In this document: positions 1 through 7,963 of the stretch, in pieces | Numbering within the stretch: the stretch's first letter is position 1 | Layout: the number at the start of each line of letters is the position of its first letter | Source: Chlorobiota bacterium | GTDB lineage: Bacteria; Bacteroidota; Ignavibacteria; Kapaibacteriales; NICIL-2 | Direction of reading: 5' to 3' | Length of the DNA stretch: 64,000 bases | NCBI GenBank assembly: GCA_044228685.1 | Contig: JBGAUL010000002.1 | Location: forward strand, 206,218-270,217 | Program-made: the position numbers and the translations under genes | The notes under the pieces: generated by a model | Database searches by the model: none | What the model was told of the DNA's origin: nothing | What the model saw: only the letters and a program-made list of their open reading frames with translations

Positions 1-1
1 A

Positions 2-1273
2 ACCAATGCCGATGCGGGATTGGTCAGTACTCAAACGAAATCACCTGAAGCAGCTCAAGTACGTTCAGTTGACTCTACGATTCGCGTTGACGTCCAGAAG
101 CTCGACATGCTCATGAATCTCGTGGGCGAGCTCGTGCTGGGTCGCAATCGATTTAGTCAGCTGGTACAATCGCTTAGTGCAGAATTCAGTTCTCACCCAA
201 TGGTGAAAGAACTTCTCGATACCAGCACACACATTGACTTTATCACAACAGAGCTGCAAACAGCAGTGATGAAGACGCGCATGGTTTCGATGGCGAAGAT
301 TTACAACAAGCTCCCGCGACTTGTGCGTGACTTGTGCAAGGAAATGAACAAGGAGATCGATTTGGTCTGTTCCGGTGAAGAGACCGAACTCGACAAGACC
401 TTGATTGAGGAACTCAATGATCCATTCATCCACCTGCTGCGCAATGCTGCGGATCATGGTGTTGAGAGTCCGGACGAACGTGAAGCCGCAGGCAAGCCTC
501 GTCGTGGTACAATCACCGTCCGTGCAATACACGCCGGCAATCACATTGCAATTTCCATCAGCGATGACGGCAAAGGCATGGATCCTGAAAAGCTAAAGAG
601 CGTAGCGCTTAGTCGTGGCGTCATTACTGAAGCCGAAGCTGCCAGCATGAGTGATCAAGATGCATTCAAGTTGATATTCATGCCGGGCTTTAGTACGGCA
701 AAGACCATCACCAACGTTTCAGGACGTGGTGTAGGCATGGACGTGGTAAAGACGAACATTTTAAAACTCAAAGGTTCCATCAGCATTGAATCTCATGTTG
801 GTGTTGGAAGCGTGTTCACGATCAAGCTTCCGCTGACTCTGGCAATCATTCAGACACTGCTCGTGCAGGTGAAGTCTGAGATCTACAGCATTCCACTTGA
901 GTCTGTTGTTGAAGTTGTGCGATTGACGCGCAAGGACATTCAGACTATTCAATCAAAAGAGACGACGCTGCTGCGTGGCAATGTGTTGCCGCTGATCAGA
1001 CTGCAAGACGTGATGCAGCATGATGAAGCGGCTGATCGTGAAGCTGAGGTACTGCACACTGTTGTGGTGCATGCAGGAGATCAGAAAGTTGGACTTGTCG
1101 TTGACCAGCTCTTAGGACAACGAGAAATCGTCATCAAGTCTTTGGGTTCTGCATTTGAAAATGTTCGCTGTGTATCCGGTTCAACCATTCTTGGTGACGG
1201 ACGAGTGATCATGATTATAGACGTTGCTGAAGTCATTCACTACTGCACAGAGAAGTCAGGAGAACTCGTATGA
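2..1273 (+). CDS. cheA: Chemotaxis histidine kinase CheA, C-terminal ~420 aa (5' end cut by window edge)
   Basis: The frame is open from the window edge, with no stop between pos 2 and the TTG at 20. The translation shows the P3 dimerisation segment (IRVDVQKLDMLMNLVGELVLGRNR), HATPase boxes (HLLRNAADHG, DDGKGMD, GRGVGMDVV) and a C-terminal CheW-like domain. The Hpt/P1-P2 part is absent, so the N-terminus lies upstream of the window. Confidence 0.9.
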   Translation, partial: TNADAGLVSTQTKSPEAAQVRSVDSTIRVDVQKLDMLMNLVGELVLGRNRFSQLVQSLSAEFSSHPMVKELLDTSTHIDFITTELQTAVMKTRMVSMAKIYNKLPRLVRDLCKEMNKEIDLVCSGEETELDKTLIEELNDPFIHLLRNAADHGVESPDEREAAGKPRRGTITVRAIHAGNHIAISISDDGKGMDPEKLKSVALSRGVITEAEAASMSDQDAFKLIFMPGFSTAKTITNVSGRGVGMDVVKTNILKLKGSISIESHVGVGSVFTIKLPLTLAIIQTLLVQVKSEIYSIPLESVVEVVRLTRKDIQTIQSKETTLLRGNVLPLIRLQDVMQHDEAADREAEVLHTVVVHAGDQKVGLVVDQLLGQREIVIKSLGSAFENVRCVSGSTILGDGRVIMIIDVAEVIHYCTEKSGELV

Positions 1274-2388
1274 GACCAGTCAATGTGATTGTGGTAGACG
1301 ACTCTGCATTCATGCGCAAGTCGCTCGAGACGATGATCGAGGGCGATCCGCGACTGCATGTCATTGCCACAGCACGCAATGGTCAAGAAGCTGTTGATTT
1401 AGTCAAGAAGCACCGTCCGGACGTGGTGACGATGGACATTGAAATGCCCATCATGGATGGTCTCACGGCTCTGTCTATCATCATGAAGGAGTGTCCAACT
1501 CCTGTGATGATGGTCAGTTCACTAACCAGCGAAGGAGCCGACGCAACACTCGACGCCTTGGAGCGTGGTGCGGTTGATTTCATTCCCAAGCAACTCTCCT
1601 TTGTATCGCTGGACATTCTCAAGATCAAAGAAATTCTGCGTGAGAAGCTTCTTACGATTGCCGCGGCTCGTCGTCCGGCATTTCGACGTAGTCTACAAAG
1701 TAGTCCTGCGGCTCTTAGTCCAAGCCTTGCGCGCACTTCAGCTCCAGCGGTTGCCGGGGCATCGGGTCAGGCTCAACCTTTGACAAAATTGGCGTCGCGC
1801 ATGCATCGGGTGAACTACTCGGCGGTTGTACTTGGAATTTCAACCGGTGGACCTCAAGCCTTGATGCGCATTATCCCAAAGCTTCCGCAGCAATTGCCTG
1901 TTGGTATTGCTGTTGTGCAGCACATGCCGCCACGATTCACTGCATCCTTGGCAGATCGATTAAACAGTCAGTCGGAGATTGCGGTTAAAGAAGCCGAAGA
2001 CGGTGAGCTCTTTCGTGCGGGCACGGTGTACATCGCACCGGGAGGAATGCAGATGAATTTCCGAAGTGGTGGAGGTGGCACCTACATCAAGATTGTGGAG
2101 GGTCCGCCTGAGCTTCTATTCAAACCTTGTGTCGATTTCATGGTCAACTCTGCTGTCGAGCAATTCCGTTCGCCCTTGTTGGGAGTAATCATGACCGGTA
2201 TGGGCAAAGATGGTCTGGAGGGTATGAGACATCTGCGTAGCAAAGGTGGAAACGTAATGGCGCAGAGCGAAGACAGCTGTGTGGTTTACGGCATGCCGCG
2301 AGCCACCATTGAGGCGGGCATGGCTGACTACGTTTTTGACATTGATGACATCCCAACTGCTATTAGTCGTTTGTGCATGCACGACTAA
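1270..2388 (+). CDS. cheB: Chemotaxis response regulator / protein-glutamate methylesterase CheB
   Basis: N-terminal receiver (VIVVDDSAFMRK, PDVVTMDIEMPIMDG) plus C-terminal methylesterase motifs (GISTGGPQAL, VQHMPPRFT, TGMGKDG). ATGA overlap with the cheA stop at 1270-1273. Confidence 0.9.
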   Translation: MRPVNVIVVDDSAFMRKSLETMIEGDPRLHVIATARNGQEAVDLVKKHRPDVVTMDIEMPIMDGLTALSIIMKECPTPVMMVSSLTSEGADATLDALERGAVDFIPKQLSFVSLDILKIKEILREKLLTIAAARRPAFRRSLQSSPAALSPSLARTSAPAVAGASGQAQPLTKLASRMHRVNYSAVVLGISTGGPQALMRIIPKLPQQLPVGIAVVQHMPPRFTASLADRLNSQSEIAVKEAEDGELFRAGTVYIAPGGMQMNFRSGGGGTYIKIVEGPPELLFKPCVDFMVNSAVEQFRSPLLGVIMTGMGKDGLEGMRHLRSKGGNVMAQSEDSCVVYGMPRATIEAGMADYVFDIDDIPTAISRLCMHD

Positions 2389-2441
2389 TAAACGCTAAAA
2401 ATTGCCAAAAAACGGCACTCTCAGTGCTATGAAAATTTTTC

Positions 2442-2468
2442 TAAAGTCTCGCAGACCTCTTCCGATAA
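2442..2468 (+). promoter_or_regulatory. Candidate sigma-28 (FliA)-type promoter for the flagellar operon protein / flgE unit
   Basis: TAAA (2442-2445), 15 nt, then TCCGATAA (2461-2468). This gives 4/4 and 7/8 matches to the TAAA-N15-GCCGATAA flagellar class-3 consensus. It lies 49 nt upstream of the 2517 start and directly ahead of flagellar genes. Confidence 0.45.
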
Positions 2469-2516
2469 TCTCTACTGTCGAACTGATATTCCGGTAAAAC
2501 TATACCGAAGTCATGG

Positions 2517-2927
2517 ATGACAGGAGCATCTTCAAGGATTGAACGATCGATGGAACTACAAGGCATACAACTTCCCTTTGTACCGCTAGGCGGGGTTAAC
2601 AAACCCGCCACATCTCCTCTGGTCTCGTCAACACCGAGAACTCCCTTTGCTGACATACTGAACAATGAACTGACGAGCGTCAAGTTCTCAGCTCATGCGC
2701 AGGCACGTCTGAACAGTCGTGATATCAACCTTAATCAGGAAGATTTGACGCGACTCGAGCAAGCGGTCACGAAGGCGGGAGAGAAGGGTGCCAATGATTC
2801 ATTGATCATGCTCCGCGATATGGCTTTTATCGTCAGTGTTCGCAACCGCACGGTGATCACCGCGCTCAAGGGCGAGCAGGCACAAAACAATGTGTTTACG
2901 AATATCGATTCGGCAGTTGTAGCGTAG
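2517..2927 (+). CDS. Small flagellar operon protein (TIGR02530-like family normally found beside flgD/flgE); exact start uncertain
   Basis: 136-aa ORF immediately upstream of flgE. The block KFSAHAQARLNSRDINLNQEDLTRLEQAVTKAGEKGANDSLIMLRDMAFIVSVRNRTVITA matches my recollection of the conserved 'flagellar operon protein' family. No signal peptide. Confidence 0.55.
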   Translation: MTGASSRIERSMELQGIQLPFVPLGGVNKPATSPLVSSTPRTPFADILNNELTSVKFSAHAQARLNSRDINLNQEDLTRLEQAVTKAGEKGANDSLIMLRDMAFIVSVRNRTVITALKGEQAQNNVFTNIDSAVVA

Positions 2928-2972
2928 TCCGAGTGGTTAAGGACATCGCGCAACGATAGGGTTGGACCTCGT

Positions 2973-3000
2973 CCGGCTGTTTGTAGCCGCAAACGGCCGG
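2973..3000 (+). other. Stable stem-loop inside the 240-nt flgE leader
   Basis: CCGGCTGTTTG (2973-2983) pairs with CAAACGGCCGG (2990-3000): an 11-bp stem with one G.T pair and a 6-nt loop. No downstream T-run, so it is not a canonical terminator. Confidence 0.35.
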
Positions 3001-3167
3001 CAGGAGACCCACCAAGAATGAGCAGCATTCCGACTGATTGACGAATGCTCTCGCTAACCACACAGTTCCGTTCAGGTTTCAGCACAGGCGCGTGTAAATG
3101 CGTGTCGATGCGGTTATGCTGCGGAGAGAATTGGTAAAACATTCTTCACTTTCATAAGGGTCTCCCC

Positions 3168-4493
3168 ATGGCTTTAATTCGTTCACTCACGACGGGAACG
3201 ACTTCCCTCAAGGCGCACCAGCAACGTCTGGATGTGATTTCCAACAACATTGCCAACGTTAACACGGTTGGTTACAAAGCAAGCGAAGCAACATTTGTTG
3301 ATCAACTTTCGCAATCCATGTCTTTGGGTGTTGGTCCTTCAAACATCGCATCGGGCGGTACAGGTGGTGTCAATCCACAACAGATTGGTCTTGGTGTACG
3401 CATGGGTGCAGTCAGCACCGACTTCAGTCAGGGCAGTATTCGCACAACGAATCGCTCACTTGACGCTGCCATCACCGGTGACGCTTTCTTCTGTCTGCAA
3501 TCAAACGGCTCAATGCAGTATTCACGTGCAGGCAATTTCTCACTTGACAAAAACGGCAATCTCGTCGATAGCGTTTCCGGCGCTTTCGTTCAAGGTTACA
3601 ATGACAAAGTAGATGCAACCGGCAAAGTTGTTAAGGACAGTTCGGGTGCGAACGTTCTTGATCGCAACATTGCCAACATCTTTATTTCTCCGAATGTGAA
3701 GTCCAGTCCACGTCAGACCCAATCTGTCGAAATGGCCGGCAACCTCAGCGCATCTCTCAAGAGCGGTGAAACAGCACAGACTTCAATTCCGGTTTATGAC
3801 AACATTGGTATCAGTCACGTTCTTGAACTGACCTTTACCAAATCAGCAACACCGAATCAATACTCTCTCGCAGGAACTCTCGACGGCAACGCAATCACAT
3901 TACCTGCAACCGCGTCGAACATCACCTTTAACGCTGATGGTTCAATCAACACACCTTTGAACTTTACTGTCGCTGCATCCAACTTGAACACAGCACTAGG
4001 TGGAACAACATCCTTTGATACTACAAAGGACTTGAACATCGTGCTTGCTCAATCAGGAAATCTTCTCAATGGTATCACCCAATTCGCTGGTCAAAGCTCA
4101 GTGAACTTGGTAAGCCAAGACGGATATGCAGCCGGTAATCTTTCAAGCTTGAGTATCGATCCAACCGGTCGCATTTTTGGTGGCTTCACCAACAGTCAGA
4201 CTGAAGTTCTGGGTCAACTCGCGGTCGCAAAATTCACCAACCCAAGCGGTTTGATGAAGACCGGTGATAGTCACTTTACCGTTTCACCGAACAGCGGTTT
4301 GCCGAACATTGGAACAGCCAGCGACATTTTCGCTTCTGTTAAAGTGGTAGGCGGCGCGCTTGAAGATTCAAACGTTGACTTGACATCACAATTCACCGAT
4401 CTGATTTCCACCCAGCGCGCATTTGAAGCCGCTGCCCGGACAATCACGATCAGCGATCAGTTCCTTAGCGAAATCAATCAATTGAAGCGATAA
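3168..4493 (+). CDS. flgE: Flagellar hook protein FlgE
   Basis: N-terminal rod/hook motif (RLDVISNNIANVNTVGYK) and C-terminal basal-body domain (GALEDSNVDLTSQFTDLISTQRAFEAAARTITISDQ). 441 aa with a central Ser/Thr/Asn/Gly-rich variable region typical of hook proteins. Confidence 0.9.
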   Translation: MALIRSLTTGTTSLKAHQQRLDVISNNIANVNTVGYKASEATFVDQLSQSMSLGVGPSNIASGGTGGVNPQQIGLGVRMGAVSTDFSQGSIRTTNRSLDAAITGDAFFCLQSNGSMQYSRAGNFSLDKNGNLVDSVSGAFVQGYNDKVDATGKVVKDSSGANVLDRNIANIFISPNVKSSPRQTQSVEMAGNLSASLKSGETAQTSIPVYDNIGISHVLELTFTKSATPNQYSLAGTLDGNAITLPATASNITFNADGSINTPLNFTVAASNLNTALGGTTSFDTTKDLNIVLAQSGNLLNGITQFAGQSSVNLVSQDGYAAGNLSSLSIDPTGRIFGGFTNSQTEVLGQLAVAKFTNPSGLMKTGDSHFTVSPNSGLPNIGTASDIFASVKVVGGALEDSNVDLTSQFTDLISTQRAFEAAARTITISDQFLSEINQLKR

Positions 4494-4702
4494 TTCGCTT
4501 GAACTAGGCTGAGGATTCGTCTGACAGGCCTGAGTGAATGGACTCGCTCGCTGCTCAGCACAATTTCCCGGCATAGTCTACGTCGATAGTATCGCACAAC
4601 AGAGAGTGTAGTTTTTAACGTGCGGTAGGATTATAGTTGGAGGGATGCGTTGGAGATTCCCGGCTGCGACTAAGCAGCTGCCAACGCATGGAACACAAAA
4701 GG

Positions 4703-4763
4703 TCTGCCACCCACAGCATTGCATCATGGAGGATGTCTGCTTGCGGGTGGCAGATTTTTTTTT
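4703..4763 (+). terminator. Rho-independent terminator at the end of the long flgE 3' region
   Basis: TCTGCCACCC (4703-4712) pairs with GGGTGGCAGA (4745-4754) and is followed by nine T (4755-4763). Confidence 0.6.
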
Positions 4764-4805
4764 GCGCGGTGGTTGGTAATAGGTGAAATGTCGACTGCGC
4801 TAGGG

Positions 4806-5109
4806 TCTGACACTCGCCTATGCCCGTTCTGTCAGATGCTCACGCAGCGGACATCTGACAGCGCTCGAGGCCTAGACACTCAACACCTGGTGACGTCGCG
4901 TGTAGTGTCTGATGTCCGCTTCGCTAGCATCTGACACGACGGAGAATTTGAGTGTGACCGCTGACGACATCTGACACTCGCCCACAATCGTTCTGTCAGA
5001 TGCTCGCGCAGCGGACATCTGACAGCACTCGAGGCCTGGAAACTCAACACCTGGTGACGTCGCGTGGTGTGTCAGATGTTCGCTGCGCTAGCATCTGACA
5101 CGACGGAGA
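4806..5109 (+). repeat. Tandem pair of a ~140-bp composite palindromic (REP/BIME-like) element, period 164 bp
   Basis: Copy 1 (4806-4945) and copy 2 (4970-5109) align without gaps at roughly 90% identity. Each carries two hairpins with 10-bp arms and 13-nt loops built on the same arm sequence. These are CTGTCAGATG/CATCTGACAG at 4829-4861 and 4993-5025, and GTGTC(A/T)GATG/CATCTGACAC at 4905-4937 and 5069-5101. Confidence 0.85.
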
Positions 5110-5140
5110 TCAGAGACTAAGCTCGAGCGCCTTTGGCGCA

Positions 5141-5569
5141 TTACGGAATCACATCTGCAGGGCTGATGTGTGTTGCCTTTGTTGCGCTTGTAGAGCTTTG
5201 AGTTTTATAATCCCAGTATTCACTGAGACGATAGTTCTTGTTCAACTTAGAGCCACCGATACGTCGGACTTCAATGAACGTTATGGGCCAGAGTGTGTCT
5301 TGGTTGTAATCGGGATCAAAAACTCGATTTGAAATCATGCTGCGGACATAGAGTTGTTCAGTTTGTCCGGCTAACACAAGACGTGTGCTGTCTGGCTGTC
5401 GAATAAATGAGGAGTCCGGTCCTCTGTAGTGCACCACAACGTTGCTGTCAGTGTCGTTAACGACTTGATAGCTTACATATACCCACTGATCACATGAACT
5501 CAGTACCATCGCGACGAGTAGTACTATTGCAAGGCTGAGACTTCGAATTTGGTTCGACCCTATTAGCAT
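5141..5569 (-). CDS. Small hypothetical lipoprotein
   Basis: 142-aa ORF with a signal peptide and a lipobox-like LSSC (Cys26). No recognisable family. Lies between repeat copies 2 and 3. Confidence 0.5.
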   Translation of the reverse strand: MLIGSNQIRSLSLAIVLLVAMVLSSCDQWVYVSYQVVNDTDSNVVVHYRGPDSSFIRQPDSTRLVLAGQTEQLYVRSMISNRVFDPDYNQDTLWPITFIEVRRIGGSKLNKNYRLSEYWDYKTQSSTSATKATHISPADVIP

Positions 5570-5715
5570 GAGCGCTTATCAACGATGACAGTGGTGTTCG
5601 ATTGGGATGCTGTATGTACTTGAGGCACCGAGGCGCAATGGGAATATAGTGTGCTGTTTTGTGAACACCACACTTTGTGTTTGGATATGGTTCAGCTTGG
5701 CGTGTTTTGACAATG

Positions 5716-5793
5716 CTCGAGGACTGGAAACTCAACACCTGATGACGTCGCGTGTCGTGTCAGATGTCCGCTTCGCTAGCATCTGACAGGACG
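5716..5793 (+). repeat. Third, partial copy of the same element (second half only)
   Basis: CTCGAGGACTGGAAACTCAACACCTGATGACGTCGCGTG...CATCTGACAGGACG matches the 3' half of copies 1 and 2 at ~90%, in the same orientation. The hairpin GTGTCAGATG (5757-5766) / CATCTGACA (5780-5788) is retained with a 13-nt loop. Confidence 0.8.
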
Positions 5794-5826
5794 TTTTGTT
5801 TACAGCGCCATCACTCAAGATAAATT

Positions 5827-6702
5827 TCAGCTCAGCTGTACACTTTCATCCATTCTTTGCGCGATGCGGCTTGTGTGTCGTAAACCGAGCCAGATCATGA
5901 GACCCCCGGCGACGCAGAGGACGAGGGCTTGCCAGAGTTGTAGTTCACTATTACCATCTGGTAGATTCATGTGGAAGAGCACGAATGATATCAGATTGTT
6001 GAGCAAGTGCACAAGGATTGATGGAATCAGCGACTGTGTGGATTGGGCAATACTGCTTAGAATATATGACAGCAGAAAAAGCTCGATGCTTTGAGTAACG
6101 TTGAGGTGAAAGGCTGTAAAAAGAATGGCTGTTGTGAACACTGCGCGGGCTGCAGGATAGGCTTGCTCAAGCGAACGTTGCATGACACCACGGAAGAGAG
6201 TTTCTTCGGCGAGCGGTGGGACGATGACGATTGTGAAAAATGAGATTACCATCATCACCGGATCGCTGACTCGAAGATAGTCCGCGACCGCACTTTGATA
6301 GTTTTCCTGTAACTCCAGAAAAGATTTATATGCGTCTGCAGGAAGAAGTAACTTTTCCAATGACGGTAGCGCTAGGCCAATAGCCGTCACACCGACAAAT
6401 GCAAGGAGTATGCTGAGAACTGAAAGCATGCTTGTCTTTGGCCTCGACAAGCGCAGCAAACCTTGCGGTCCCAGCGGTGATGCATAGCATACGATCAAAC
6501 TCGGCAACAACATGAATAACAATTGTCCCGCCATCTGAAACCCAGCCATTCTCGGATCTTTGGCTTCAATTGATAAAATCTGCGAGAGCGAAAACGCGCC
6601 GAGTATGTAGAAGACGTAGATCGCAACTGTTGCACCAAGTCCAAACAAGGCATGAGGAAATGGCTGCTCTTGGTCTGAACCGGAATCCTGTGGTTCAAGC
6701 AT
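5827..6702 (-). CDS. CPBP (CAAX/Abi) family intramembrane glutamic metalloprotease
   Basis: Polytopic membrane protein with the family motifs EETLFRG, FTAFH and HLLNN in successive helices. Confidence 0.75.
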   Translation of the reverse strand: MLEPQDSGSDQEQPFPHALFGLGATVAIYVFYILGAFSLSQILSIEAKDPRMAGFQMAGQLLFMLLPSLIVCYASPLGPQGLLRLSRPKTSMLSVLSILLAFVGVTAIGLALPSLEKLLLPADAYKSFLELQENYQSAVADYLRVSDPVMMVISFFTIVIVPPLAEETLFRGVMQRSLEQAYPAARAVFTTAILFTAFHLNVTQSIELFLLSYILSSIAQSTQSLIPSILVHLLNNLISFVLFHMNLPDGNSELQLWQALVLCVAGGLMIWLGLRHTSRIAQRMDESVQLS

Positions 6703-6731
6703 GCAGGTTCAACAAGTGCTGTTGCATCAGG

Positions 6732-7859
6732 TTAAATCGCTTTTTCATACACGCGATAGGTCTTGTACTTCTGTGCCTGCATGATCTGCGTCAATGCCTT
6801 GTTCATTGCTTCGTTGTTCTCAAGAATCCACGATGCCTCTCCAATGTCACAACCTATGCGGTGTGCAGCATCAGCAGTCTCTGCGTACATGATTGCATCA
6901 ATACCCTTGTTGCGGTATTCGGGAATTAAACCCAATACAAAAATTCGTACCGACTTGATGCTCTTCTTCTTTGTTAGCAATTGCCAAATACCACCAAGCA
7001 ATCCACCCTTCTTGTTGTGGATCAAAACTTCGTTGATGTTGGGAAGCGATAAGGCAAAGCCAATCGGACGTCCAGCATGCTCAGCAATCAACACCAAACT
7101 TGGTTCTGCTATCTGCTTGAGATCGTTCGCTAAATAATCAAACTCTGCATCGGTGATCTTCACAAAACCCCAGTTGCGCTCCCACGCTTCGTTAAAAATG
7201 TTGCGGAGAATTTCGACGTCGCGTTTGAATGCCGCTTTGTTTTTGAAGTCCATGTGACGCACTGTGACGCCGGTACGCTGACGCAGCATGGACACCATGC
7301 GCTTCATTTTGTCGGATTGGTAGGTCTTGTTGTGCAGTATATACGCAAAGAGATCCATCACCTTCGCAAGTCCTGTACTCTCAAGCAGCGCGCCGTAATA
7401 CGGCGGATTGTAGGTCATGAGAATTTGCGGCGGTGAATCAAAGCCGTCTACCAGCAGTCCGCTTTCGTCGTTCATCGAGGGATTCACCGGACCGCGGATA
7501 TGCGTCATGCCTTTTGATTTGACCCATTGCGCCGCGGCATCGACAAGAGCTTTTGCCACCTCTTTATCATTAACGCATTCAAAAAATCCAAAGAAGCCGA
7601 CCTTGTCCTGGTGCTCTTTGTTGTGATTGTCATTGATGATGCCGGCGATTCGTCCAACGATCTTACCATCTGCTTCAGCAACAAAGAGTTGAATCTGTGA
7701 GTGCTGATAAAATGGGTTCTTCTTGGTATCCAAGAGCTTCTTGCGATCCATGATCATCGGCGCAACGAAGTTGGGATCGTTGTGATAGAAGTTCCATTGG
7801 GCGCGAATAAAGGTCATGGCGTCGCGCGTGGTGTCGAGCGGACGAATTGTGCATTTCAT
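6732..7859 (-). CDS. Two-domain GNAT-fold N-acyltransferase-like protein (function unknown)
   Basis: 375-aa cytoplasmic protein. The segments GRIAGIINDNHN...GFFGFFE and RPIGFALSLPN...RIFVLGLIPEYRNKGIDAIMY resemble the acetyl-CoA-binding core of GNAT enzymes. Assignment is from memory of a conserved FCB family. Confidence 0.45.
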   Translation of the reverse strand: MKCTIRPLDTTRDAMTFIRAQWNFYHNDPNFVAPMIMDRKKLLDTKKNPFYQHSQIQLFVAEADGKIVGRIAGIINDNHNKEHQDKVGFFGFFECVNDKEVAKALVDAAAQWVKSKGMTHIRGPVNPSMNDESGLLVDGFDSPPQILMTYNPPYYGALLESTGLAKVMDLFAYILHNKTYQSDKMKRMVSMLRQRTGVTVRHMDFKNKAAFKRDVEILRNIFNEAWERNWGFVKITDAEFDYLANDLKQIAEPSLVLIAEHAGRPIGFALSLPNINEVLIHNKKGGLLGGIWQLLTKKKSIKSVRIFVLGLIPEYRNKGIDAIMYAETADAAHRIGCDIGEASWILENNEAMNKALTQIMQAQKYKTYRVYEKAI

Positions 7860-7963
7860 GGTGATCCCCGTAAATCAAATATTAGTCTGCGAATATAAGC
7901 ATTGATGCAGCCTAGAGTCGTGAATCAACTGCTCAATTCATACACGTGCCGAAGCAACCGGCA

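Noticed and set aside
2919-2950. tRNA-Ser-like D-arm sequence (GTAGCGTAGTCCGAGTGGTTAAGGAC) at the end of the flagellar operon protein gene
   Set aside because: Only the D-stem/loop resemblance holds (GTCC...GGAC). The following bases give a 4-bp stem with a 5-nt loop instead of an anticodon arm. There is no GTTCRANYC T-loop and no complementary acceptor 3' strand. It also overlaps the ORF's stop codon, so it is a chance similarity.
2735-3142. 135-aa minus-strand ORF spanning the flgE leader
   Set aside because: It overlaps the 3' half of the plus-strand flagellar operon protein gene, has an unconvincing composition, and would point against the surrounding flagellar transcription unit.
4719-4934. 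71-aa ORF on the plus strand downstream of flgE
   Set aside because: It runs through the flgE terminator and repeat copy 1. Its sequence is dictated by the palindromic repeat (Cys/Ser/Arg-rich), it is not conserved in frame in copy 2, and it has no start context.
4806-5109. Possibility that the tandem repeats are a CRISPR array
   Set aside because: There are only two full units, the period of 164 bp is far longer than repeat plus spacer, the whole unit rather than a 25-40-bp core is repeated, and no cas genes are present.
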